This document shows, piece after piece, positions 24,069 through 32,315 of a DNA stretch of 38,536 nt. How positions within the stretch are numbered: the stretch's first letter is position 1; each line of letters begins with the position of its first letter. Source of the stretch: Macrostomum lignano (taxonomy: Eukaryota); the NCBI GenBank assembly GCA_002269645.1, contig NIVC01004669.1, positions 1 through 38,536 of the forward strand. Direction: 5' to 3'. The notes beneath the pieces were generated by a model. It saw only the letters and a list, made by a program, of their open reading frames with translations. It did not search any database and was not told the DNA's origin. Position numbers and translations under genes: made by a program.

Positions 24069-24614
24069 ATGTATGACTACTAACCTACATTTTCCACCCT
24101 TACTACCTACTACCCGACTACAGCTCCCTCACACACTAGCTTTCAGAACTGCACAATCCTTCACGTTCTGTACATATCTAGTTTCTGTTACGGGCCTTGC
24201 ATTTTTCTATCCTCTATCCTAATATGCCTTAAATTTATTGAAAGTGACAGAATGTTCTCAGGGTGTAATCAAATCACGAATATCATGATTTCAAGATCAT
24301 ATTACGTATTTGTATTTAATAAACTCTTTAAATGCATGAAACAGCGAAAACAGAGAAAGACCGTTTGTTAGCAAGCGTATAGGCTCAGTAAATAAATATA
24401 TTATAACAGAAATTAGTTACAATTTGCCGTCAAAATTTGACTTTAATCAAATCAAATAAAATAAAATGTCTATCACAATTGTTTTGTAGAGCCGGACAAT
24501 ATAAAAAGGGAAATCTCCAGAAGCAATTTCGAGGCTCTGAAATGTAAAGAGAAGCAAGTGACTTAAAAGTTACCCAGCTTAATCCTGTAGTAACAGACCT
24601 AGTAGATATTTGCT

Positions 24615-24703
24615 ATCATTCAGAGAGAAGATTAGGCACCATTCATAGACCCAACAATAGTCAGGCTCATATGGTTGATCCAGGAAATGTCTCATCATTG
24701 ATG
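24615..24703 (-). ncRNA. SNORD7: Box C/D snoRNA, mgU6-47-like (U6 Am47) with a second guide to the 18S 5' end
   Basis: C ATGATGA 24698-24692. D guide CTAATCTTCTCT+CTGA pairs 12 nt with U6 AGAGAAGAUUAG, and D+5 falls on A47. D' guide GGATCAACCA pairs with 18S UGGUUGAUCC. Confidence 0.85.
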
Positions 24704-24736
24704 TACAGCTGGTTAGTAGGATATTGGAAAGGGGCA

Positions 24737-24828
24737 ATAAATCAGAGAGAAGTTTAAAAAACGCAATTCATTTAGCCAATAGTTACATTGACTCATATGG
24801 TTGATCCAAAAATGTCTTATTATTTTAC
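24737..24828 (-). pseudogene. Degenerate copy of the mgU6-47-like snoRNA
   Basis: Shares GGATCAACCATATGA and CTTCTCTCTGA, but box C reads ATAATAA and the U6 guide is mutated. Confidence 0.6.
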
Positions 24829-25008
24829 AACATGAACTCCTGATTTATTGGGTTAGAAATAGCATTGTCTCACCTCAAAGCTGCAGATCTTAACGCACAA
24901 ACTGGAGTTGATTGAACTCCTGCAAAAATAAAATGGTAAATTAACAATCAGACAATAAAAGGTCTGGCACACTACTTAAATGAGCTAATTTGCATAGTTA
25001 TAATTGAC

Positions 25009-25082
25009 AGTAGTCAGATAGGGGCGCTTGTCTGCACATTTGAGAACTAAGAAAGACTAATCCATATAAATCATCATTACAT
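25009..25082 (-). ncRNA. Box C/D snoRNA, U80/snR60-like D guide (28S AUAG[G]GGCG) plus adjacent D' guide
   Basis: C ATGATGA 25077-25071; D guide CGCCCCTAT+CTGA; D' guide GATTAGTCTTT+CTTA pairs with 28S AAAGACUAAUC. Confidence 0.75.
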
Positions 25083-25267
25083 GTGGTAGAGTAGCTTGCT
25101 TAAGAGTTCAGAATCAAACAACTGATAAGAGACGCTTACCTGCGAAAAAAAATTGAATTCGACATATTTTGAAGCAATCAGCCGCATTCGCTGCTGAAAA
25201 GATTTAATTGATTGACTTAAACAATAGTAGCTTATTATTTGCGCATTTTACTAGAGTCCTAGAAAGT

Positions 25268-25353
25268 ATTTCTCAGGTATATCTAATAACAGTCCGCATT
25301 TATGTTATTTACATCGGACAAGAGGTGTCAAATTGTTTTTGTCATCATTTAGC
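25268..25353 (-). ncRNA. Box C/D snoRNA, 28S CAA[G]AGGUGUCA guide with a degenerate U44-like D guide
   Basis: C 25348-25342; TGACACCTCTTGT+CCGA; D CTGA 25276-25273; paralog of 28224-28305. Confidence 0.7.
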
Positions 25354-25403
25354 TAATAAAAAAGCAATCTGATTTAAAAAACTAGAGGCTAGTTATATTA
25401 AAA

Positions 25404-25482
25404 ACAAATCAGAACCCAGTGCTATCATCACATTGTCAATAATCAGGTCAAAGTGAAGAATTCTGAGTTATCATCACGGATT
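25404..25482 (-). ncRNA. SNORD37: Box C/D snoRNA, U37-like D' guide plus SNORD88/snR76-like D guide
   Basis: Perfect C GTGATGA, D' CTGA, C' GTGATGA and D CTGA. TTCTTCACTTTGAC pairs 14 nt with 28S GUCAAAGUGAAGAA; AGCACTGGG pairs with 28S CCCAGUGCU. Confidence 0.88.
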
Positions 25483-25655
25483 CTTAATATAACATAAGCC
25501 TCTACAGAAGGTCCTACTGATCTTACCTTGCTAAATTAGTTGCAGCACTAGCCAGCCAAGCAAGAATATGTACTAAAATTTTGAGAGGAAAGTGACTACT
25601 TAAAGTAATTGAAAAAAATGCCTAAGATAGCAGCGTAAAATACTATAATTAGTAA

Positions 25656-25742
25656 TAAAGTCAGATTAGGGATATTTGTTAATCACAACTGGAGTTTTCT
25701 AAAACATTATCATAGTAGGTAAGGAATTATTCATCACTAGTT
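25656..25742 (-). ncRNA. Box C/D snoRNA, paralog of the U50-like RNA at 29750
   Basis: C GTGATGA 25737-25731; D' guide CCTTACCTAC pairs with 28S GUAGGUAAGG; D guide ATATCCCTAAT+CTGA is degenerate. Confidence 0.65.
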
Positions 25743-25947
25743 AGTTTCTGGTACGAGTATACAAATTATATATTTATTTAATTATATTACGAGCATATTG
25801 GCAGTCACTTACAAGTAAACTGAATCATGCAGCATCAGGTGCGTCACATAATCTGAGGATTTTAGGGAGGCACTAACGTAAAATGAGGAAGATACGTTAA
25901 GCAAAACACTTAGGCCTCGAATAGGAGCTAAAATACCAGCTTTATCT

Positions 25948-26029
25948 AGACGACAGAGCGCTGTAGTGCTTTATATTGTATCCAATACACTGATAAGGTT
26001 GATACTAAATTGCTGGATCGTCATGATAA
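25948..26029 (-). ncRNA. Box C/D snoRNA, U48-like, degenerate boxes
   Basis: C ATGACGA, D CTGT; guide CACTACAGCGCT identical to the copy at 30010. Confidence 0.55.
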
Positions 26030-26224
26030 AAATATCCAAGCATGTATCCTATCTGATAGATAAGCTTTATTACACCATTGCCAGCTTATTTGCTTAACTA
26101 TCGGTTTATAAGTTACACGATAAGAAGAAACTTAGAAATTCGTCTTAGAACACACGCAGTCAAACCAGCTATCTACAAGTATAATTTTCTTAAATATGCT
26201 ATAAGACCATATGTACACCGTAGA

Positions 26225-26313
26225 GCATCCATCTCAGCTGCCAATATGGTTAAATTTCATTATTGAAATCAAACAGCATGACGGTGTAAAATGAAATCAT
26301 CATTAATGGATGC
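26225..26313 (-). ncRNA. Box C/D snoRNA, ACCGTCATG family copy 1
   Basis: C 26303-26297, D 26237-26234, 8-bp terminal stem GCATCCAT/ATGGATGC; D' guide CACCGTCATGCTGT+TTGA. Confidence 0.8.
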
Positions 26314-26474
26314 TGAACTGTATATGGGATGTTAGAAACTAAAACAATGTCAGTTTTACCTGTTTTAACTCTTGTTTGAAATTTGAACGGGCAAACTGGA
26401 ATGCAGAGTAGAGATGGAGAATTTCTGGACACATAAAGAGTTGGCATTGGCTGATTTTGGTAAATGTTAGAAAA

Positions 26475-26559
26475 ATTTCTTAGATGGTGATGCATGGTAG
26501 ATAATTTTCATTTAAAGAAACCTATCAAAAGCCAAAGGTGATCAATATCATCATAACAG
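26475..26559 (-). ncRNA. Box C/D snoRNA, U33/snR55-like, D box variant CTAA
   Basis: C 26554-26548; guide CCATGCATCACCAT. Confidence 0.6.
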
Positions 26560-26763
26560 TAAGCATAGGCAAAAATATAAAAATAATTCTGGCTATTAAC
26601 TCACCTGTTGGCTCTGTAGACTTGTTGAACCAGTGCCATTTTGCCATAAAAACGAATCGGATTCTAAAACAGTGTTAAAACAAAGAATGGATGAATTTCT
26701 TAAGACGGGTGTCTTATGAAATACTTCAATACCATATGAAAGTTTCAACTAACACTTTCTGAT

Positions 26764-26868
26764 TCACATCAGATAGGGGCGTTAGTCAGCAGTTTTGTAA
26801 TTGGTTAAAATGTTTATTAACTAATTATAAAGCTCAGAAAGACTAATCAATAGAGATCATCATGTAAA
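26764..26868 (-). ncRNA. Box C/D snoRNA, U80/snR60-like D guide plus adjacent D' guide (copy 2)
   Basis: C 26863-26857; GATTAGTCTTT+CTGA; CGCCCCTAT+CTGA. Confidence 0.8.
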
Positions 26869-27029
26869 TAGAAAGTGAAAATTATACTACTAATAGTAGA
26901 TAAAAAAGACGCCTTACCCCTCAAAGCCCCGAGATGACATTGGTCGGTAGAAGACATCTGAAATAAAAAATAACATGAAAATTGCAATTAAAGATGCAAA
27001 AACTCACTTAAATAACAAAACAACTGTTT

Positions 27030-27117
27030 AATCATCAGGTAGAGCTAATAATAGTCCGCATCTAATCAAGCATTATCGGACGATTGAACTGTGGAAATTA
27101 AAATTTCATCATAATTA
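27030..27117 (-). ncRNA. SNORD44: Box C/D snoRNA, U44-like (18S UAG[A]GCUAAUA)
   Basis: C 27112-27106; D guide TATTAGCTCTAC+CTGA; D+5 matches the U44 site (human Am166 as recalled). Confidence 0.78.
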
Positions 27118-27157
27118 ACAAGAATCTAAACAAATATAGGTGGCAGCCATGATTATG

Positions 27158-27236
27158 ATAGTTCAGAACCCAGTGCTAACATCAGTTGGTTTTTGTTCAG
27201 TTCAAAGTGAAGAATTATGGGTTATCATCATTATTT
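27158..27236 (-). ncRNA. SNORD37: Box C/D snoRNA, U37-like plus SNORD88-like guides (copy 2)
   Basis: C 27231-27225; TTCTTCACTTTGAA+CTGA; AGCACTGGGTT+CTGA. Confidence 0.82.
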
Positions 27237-27636
27237 ATAACATTGCGTGCCATTTCTGCCATTATAAAAAGGGCGGTTTTGTTAAATACTACTATTAATA
27301 GTAATGTAATCCGCGCTCATCAAAAGCAGACACTTTGGGAGATAAACAAAAGATCTCTACTCTGCTTCTGGATTTTATGCGGTTGTCAGCGTGATCTAGC
27401 GACTAAATGAATCAGTCACCAATAAGATATTTTTTGCGTGTCGGTGATTGAAACGAGAAAGTCGCAACTAACAAAAACACAAGTTCAACAGTGCAAGCCT
27501 ACCTGACTTTGCAAGTTAACACTTGACTTGATATCCAACCAGGAAAAATGCACTAAAATGGGCAAGTGAAAATATGGCTACAGTAGAAACGAGTTTTTTA
27601 AAAGCACATATTTTTTTTATTAATACCAATAAAAAA

Positions 27637-27713
27637 GCAAATCAGATGGTGATGCATGGAAATTATATATCATGACCAAATCAAACACGGATGTGTTATT
27701 TTCATCACTTATC
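27637..27713 (-). ncRNA. SNORD33: Box C/D snoRNA, U33/snR55-like (18S GUGG[U]GGUGCAUGG)
   Basis: C GTGATGA 27708-27702; CCATGCATCACCAT+CTGA forms 14 bp including 2 G.U with 18S. Confidence 0.82.
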
Positions 27714-27717
27714 TATA

Positions 27718-27788
27718 CACTGTCGGATCCAGAAGGGGGGTCAAAGGGGTCGGCTGACCTCACGGAAAAAATCCCGGATCCGCCACTG
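27718..27788. mobile_element. 71-bp MITE-like element
   Basis: Imperfect 13-bp TIRs CACTGTCGGATCC / GGATCCGCCACTG; a GC-rich island in AT-rich context. Confidence 0.5.
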
Positions 27789-27966
27789 CATTTATAGATA
27801 TGTTATACATTTAAATAGAGCTGAGCAATAAAAATTACCTTGGATGGATGTAGCAGTGAAACTTCATTGACGCGGCAAACTGGAAAGAAATTAAAAAAAT
27901 ATGACTTGTAAAAAAGATGTAGTTTTATCAAATAGGTACAACTAATAGGTAGCTAATAGGTAGATA

Positions 27967-28050
27967 AAATATCAGGCTTGAAAATTCTGTACATGCCGTA
28001 CACTGGGTACAGTTCATATGAACTATGCTATAATTAATTCATCATTGTAA
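27967..28050 (-). ncRNA. Box C/D snoRNA, U77/snR60-D'-like (28S GGUGA[A]CUAUGC)
   Basis: C 28045-28039; GCATAGTTCAT+ATGA; D CTGA 27975-27972. Confidence 0.78.
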
Positions 28051-28223
28051 AAAGTAAAATAAGGGTGGGGAAAAATACTTAAGCATTGCTAACTGACCTG
28101 AAGCACTGTTAAGAAGGCTTACAATTTTCCAGCTGGATTTTAGCGTCCTCTAAAATGAAATAAGTGAATATGAAAACTTGCATCGATTCTTAACGATTTC
28201 TATTAGGACAAAAGAGCTTAATA

Positions 28224-28305
28224 CTTGATCAGATAGAGCTAATAAACTCCGCATTTACTTAGTAAATATCAGACAAGAGGTGTCAATATTCTATCATCAT
28301 TTATA
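28224..28305 (-). ncRNA. SNORD44: Box C/D snoRNA, double guide: 28S CAA[G]AGGUGUCA (D') and U44-like 18S site (D)
   Basis: C 28300-28294; TGACACCTCTTGT+CTGA; TATTAGCTCTAT+CTGA. Confidence 0.85.
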
Positions 28306-28869
28306 CCTAAAATCTGTAAACTGTGTGTCTGTGGCCAATTTTGTTCGCTATGGACTCTCAAACCGCTCAACCAAATGACACCGTTTTGCACCCCCCCAAC
28401 CTCACTACGGAGAGCGTCTTCCCAGTATTCCCACCTTAAAGTGCAAAAAGTTGCTGCAAAGAAAGCGGGATTTTTTTTACTTAATCCTCTATAGCGGCGC
28501 TCCACCTTTATCAAACCTACTCAAATTTGACACAAACAATCTCTAACTATTTCGACACAAGCGTGTAAAATGTCGAGTCATAAAGTCAATCCTGTACGGA
28601 GCTGTGCACGTTTAAAGTTAGTCTGCTTTTTGTCAGCGTAGCAACCACCCCAATCGTTTGGCTGCCGTAACTTTGCTTAACGCTAGCATGAAATTTGTTG
28701 CCGAACGATCAGTCGCTCATTCCCTCCTCCAACATCTGGCGGTCTCAAACTGGTTGGGTTGGCGTCCGGATGGCGGGTGGCTTAGAGAAGTCAGGTTCAC
28801 CATCACGATAATGTCTTGCCTCGTGCTGCTCGGGTTTGATTAGTATTAGAATTTGATTAATGTATTTTT

Positions 28870-29142
28870 TCTATTGACCTGCTAACCTACCTGAAATTCT
28901 ATTGACCTGCCACCCTACCTTAAATTCTGTTGACCTGCCACCCTACCTGAAATTCTATTGACCTGCCACCCTACCTTAAATTCTATTGACCTGCCACCCT
29001 ACCTTAAATTCTATTGACCTGCCACCCTACCTTAAATTCTATTGACCTGCCACCCTACCTTAAATTCTATTGACCTGCAACCTACCAGAGATTTTATTGA
29101 CCTGCCACCCTACCTGAAATTCTATTGACTTGCCACCCTACC
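28870..29142. repeat. 28-bp minisatellite TTCTATTGACCTGCCACCCTACCTTAAA, ~10 copies
   Basis: Period 28 (28981, 29009 ...). Confidence 0.95.
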
Positions 29143-29484
29143 ATTCTTTAGACTTATTTTCTGTCTCGATATCAAGTCTCAACTCTGTAACTCAATCAGG
29201 ACAGTAACTGTAAGCATGTGAAGTTTGTCTGCTTTTTCTGGTGTTTGTGCCGCTCATTAATCTCTCATCTCATCGCTTAGTCAGATCAATCAATGCTTGT
29301 CTCAAATCTTTATTTAACACGAATTTACTACATTCATCAAACCTCTATCCTAACTTTAAAGTTTTTGTTTCAGTATGACTTTAAATTTAAGGATGTATGC
29401 AATAAAGAGTTCCGGGGATTGGAATTCTGTGGGTTTAAAATCCGGGGGTTTTAAAGAGTTTGTAAGGTATTAATAAAGGCTTTA

Positions 29485-29561
29485 AAACTCAGAGACAAAT
29501 AGAACTAAACTCATGCGAGATCATACAACATGACGGTATAAAATCTGAGTCATCATGAATG
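29485..29561 (-). ncRNA. Box C/D snoRNA, ACCGTCATG family copy 2
   Basis: C 29556-29550; ACCGTCATGTTGT+ATGA; D 29492-29489. Confidence 0.7.
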
Positions 29562-29749
29562 AAGCCAATCTATTGCTTGTAACAAAGATTATACATAAAC
29601 CCAAGTAATATGAAAAAAAGTGAATTGAAGCTTACCTTAAATTTAGATCAGAGTCACACTGGATCGCTAAATCTGAAAATAATTAGTGACAAAATTTATT
29701 TTTTGATTTACTTCTAAAAATTTAAGCTTACATATATGTAATTTAGACT

Positions 29750-29826
29750 AGCATTTCAGATTCGGGAAATATTGCATTCACATTATTAATAAATCATAGT
29801 AGATAAGGAAATAGTCATCATTAAAA
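29750..29826 (-). ncRNA. Box C/D snoRNA, U50-like D guide (28S CUUC[G]GGA) plus a neighbouring D' guide
   Basis: C 29821-29815; TCCCGAAT+CTGA; D' guide CCTTATCTAC pairs with 28S GUAGAUAAGG. Confidence 0.7.
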
Positions 29827-30009
29827 ACATAATAGTAGAGCTTATTACTGAAAAAATTGAGTTGGTTATTGGTTTTGAATTCACTTACTTTTTATATTGA
29901 TTTTAAAAGGCCCCAGGACAGCTTAGACCTGTAGTAATAAAGAGAAAGTGGCATTGTTAGAGAAATTAAAAAATATTCTACAATATAAAAACACTTCTGA
30001 TCAATATAT

Positions 30010-30093
30010 ATACATCAGAGCGCTGTAGTGTCTTATCACGTCCCTTTAAGAGATCACAGATAAGGTAAGCAAACGTATTTATCATCATAAAAA
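30010..30093 (-). ncRNA. Box C/D snoRNA, U48-like
   Basis: C 30088-30082; CACTACAGCGCT+CTGA resembles human U48 CACCGCAGCGCU-CUGA as recalled. Confidence 0.7.
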
Positions 30094-30151
30094 GTAGGCT
30101 TATACGCAAGGCTATCTACACTATAGTATATAGGCATAAAAATGGCAAATC

Positions 30152-30243
30152 AAGGGCTCAGACAGCAAATTTTCTTCAAAGAATCGCCAGCGTACACAAA
30201 TTGGTACACCAACTTCCGACGGTAATTCCAATCATCATTGAAA
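30152..30243 (-). ncRNA. SNORD65: Box C/D snoRNA, SNORD65/snR77-like (18S GCGG[U]AAUUCCA)
   Basis: C 30238-30232; TGGAATTACCG-T+CGGA (variant D'); D 30161-30158 preceded by TTTGCTGT (possible U24-like site). Confidence 0.75.
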
Positions 30244-30355
30244 ACGCCCAAGTTGCAGTTAATAGACCTAGTCCTAAGTATTAGTAAAAAAGTATATATT
30301 GTCCTAATTAAAAATCGAATACCAAAAAAGCAGCAAGTGTCGTATGTATACAGAA

Positions 30356-30443
30356 CTGTAATCAGCAGCCATTGAAGTTGGCATAAAGTATTTACTACAT
30401 AGAGCTTATTGCACTAAGCCAGGGATAACAAACATCATATTAC
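30356..30443 (-). ncRNA. Box C/D snoRNA, snR38/SNORD1-like (28S CACAG[G]GAUAAC)
   Basis: C ATGATGT 30438-30432; GTTATCCCTG-G+CTTA; D 30365-30362. Confidence 0.7.
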
Positions 30444-30642
30444 ATTTCTGAGGACACGTTGCTTGCTTGCTACTGACTTCTACTCGTACTAAAGAGAACA
30501 GAACTATTTGCTTCGGATTTTTTCAGACTGCTTTTAATTAGAAGATCGATTTAAGAACAAATACTTTCGTTAGTAAAATGGAGATAAACGATGATTCTGA
30601 ATGATGATGAGCAGCAAAGGTGTTAAGGGAAATGCCTATTGT

Positions 30643-30727
30643 ATTCACCTCAGCTGCCATTGTTTTTAATTATCAAAAGTGTGTCAAACAGCATGACGGT
30701 GTATAAAAATTGGTCATCATTTTTGGT
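30643..30727 (-). ncRNA. Box C/D snoRNA, ACCGTCATG family copy 3
   Basis: C 30720-30714, D 30653-30650, terminal stem ATTCACC/GGTGAAT. Confidence 0.8.
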
Positions 30728-30975
30728 GAATACAAGCGACGTACATGCTTAAATGAAAATTTCAGGCTATGTTTATGTATGATCACAAAAAGCAAAATAC
30801 AGTCAAAACCAATAATTACCTTAAATTTAGAAAATGAAACACTGGACCGGTAGACTGAGAACTTGTTAATGATCTACTACCAGTACCTATGAAAGTAGAG
30901 TTTTTGGGCGACAGGTTGTACTTTTTATAAAATGGCAAGCATAGCTTACATGTTCATTAAAATGTACTCAATAAA

Positions 30976-31053
30976 CTACATCAGATGGTGATGCATGTGA
31001 AATTGTCATGTTAACTCAAAACAAACAGTTGTGAATAATTATCATCATTTTTG
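30976..31053 (-). ncRNA. SNORD33: Box C/D snoRNA, U33/snR55-like (copy 3)
   Basis: C 31048-31042; CATGCATCACCAT+CTGA. Confidence 0.8.
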
Positions 31054-31170
31054 ACAGCCAGTTTTTTAAACCAAGCCACAACCTAACCTTATCTCTAAGG
31101 ATTCTGAATCTGATATAAAACTTAAAATCGATATTCTAGATTTTAAATAGTGTCATAAGGACATTGATAG

Positions 31171-31251
31171 CATCCACATCAGCTGCCATAGTTTTATTAT
31201 CAGGCGTATCAAACAGCATGACGGTGTAAAATTGATCATCATTTGTGGATG
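31171..31251 (-). ncRNA. Box C/D snoRNA, ACCGTCATG family copy 4
   Basis: C 31242-31236, D 31182-31179, 8-bp terminal stem CATCCACA/TGTGGATG. Confidence 0.8.
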
Positions 31252-31301
31252 ACAAACTGGTGCGTTAATTAGGCTATAAAAACTAACCATATACTAATAA
31301 T

Positions 31302-31687
31302 CGCTGTCAGAGAACGCTCAGAACCATAATTTACATCCAAACGGCTCTGCAAAAAAGAAGTGCAAGCACTCGCTTTTCGGGTCACGCTTCTATAGTGCTC
31401 ACTAACAAGTCAAAGGCGGTATAATAAATAATCAGTCTTCGACTATAAAAAGGAATTTAGCGAGCACCCTTGAAGCAAACCCTAAAGTGACAATAATAGT
31501 CAGCACTTCACTAAGAGAGCCTGTTCAAGCCAGCTGGCGCGCACACCAGCAAATCAAATTTGTGCCTGAAAGAAAAGGTTAACAAATAGAGGCAAAAAAA
31601 ACCCCCAATTTGGAAGACCTTTCATAACTATTCAAGCACATTTGAAAAGCTCAGTCAGAGAATGGATTAAAGCATTCATCATCGTTT
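31302..31687 (-). ncRNA. Long box C/D RNA with a guide for 28S UGAA[U]GGAUUAA (SNORD17/snR65-like site); 3' end uncertain
   Basis: C 31682-31676; TTAATCCATTCT+CTGA; candidate D 31310-31307; paralog at 32316-32629. Confidence 0.55.
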
Positions 31688-31860
31688 CTCTGACAAATGT
31701 TTCACAGTTTCGAAGAAAAACTCACCGAATAAATGTTGTAAGACTTTGTAGGCGATTTTTGTATGCCAGCTCCTAAAATTTGCAAAAGTTAGTTGAAATA
31801 AAATTCGCCAATGCCATACATGAGACAGCGCCAATGCCTAAAAGTTGATTGAATAAATTT

Positions 31861-31941
31861 AAAATTCAGAATGAAAATAGTATCTACAGAAAGCACAAGA
31901 GTGCATTCCGACATATGCTTGTCAAGTATTCATCATTAAAT
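31861..31941 (-). ncRNA. SNORD27: Box C/D snoRNA, U27/snR74-like (18S CAU[A]UGCUUGUC)
   Basis: C 31936-31930; GACAAGCATATG-T+CGGA (12-nt match); D 31869-31866. Confidence 0.8.
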
Positions 31942-32132
31942 TAAAAAAGCAAATTGTTAAAGTACCAGATGTTTCAGAACTTACATTTTCAGAAGCAGAT
32001 TTGCTTTTGTTAATTGCTCGTGACAAGGGAAAAACAGCAAGTCTGCAAATGTGTGTAAACAAAGAACGATATTTAGAGGGACATAGGTGCAAATATTGAT
32101 TAAGTAAGTTGTAAATAAGCACACAAAAGTAA

Positions 32133-32207
32133 ATTGATCAGTTATCGTTTCTTTTTATTAATTCATAGTCATTGTGACTCAAAACACGTTGGGTAGCATC
32201 ATTTATA
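32133..32207 (-). ncRNA. Candidate box C/D snoRNA
   Basis: C variant ATGATGC 32202-32196; D 32141-32138; AAACGATAA could pair with 18S UUAUCGUUU. Confidence 0.4.
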
Positions 32208-32315
32208 CATTCAAATAGGCTGGGGTTTTTTGATAATTAAACAAGCATTTTTGATAATTAGTTTGATAATATTGTTTAATACAACTGCAATATGAAAATT
32301 TACAGATACTATCAA

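Noticed and set aside
24604-24620. Plus-strand ATATTTGCTAT resembling the U24 guide
   Set aside because: Wrong strand relative to the cluster, followed by CATT rather than CTGA, and no upstream box C.
24420-25193. Micro-exons can be chained into an open frame (AANAADCFKICRIQFFFAGVQSTPVCAL...) resembling a WSC domain or a Schistosoma-type micro-exon gene
   Set aside because: Only two or three Cys fit, positionally paralogous exons are not conserved, other exons differ by non-triplet lengths, and the conserved elements are the intronic snoRNAs. Not fully excluded without RNA-seq.
28310-28860. GC-richer insert within the snoRNA cluster, possibly a non-autonomous DNA transposon
   Set aside because: No TIRs or TSD could be identified by eye.
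29190-29285. U3-like or orphan C/D RNA (ATGAGATGA..GAGC..CTGA)
   Set aside because: No box A/A', imperfect box C, no target recognised.
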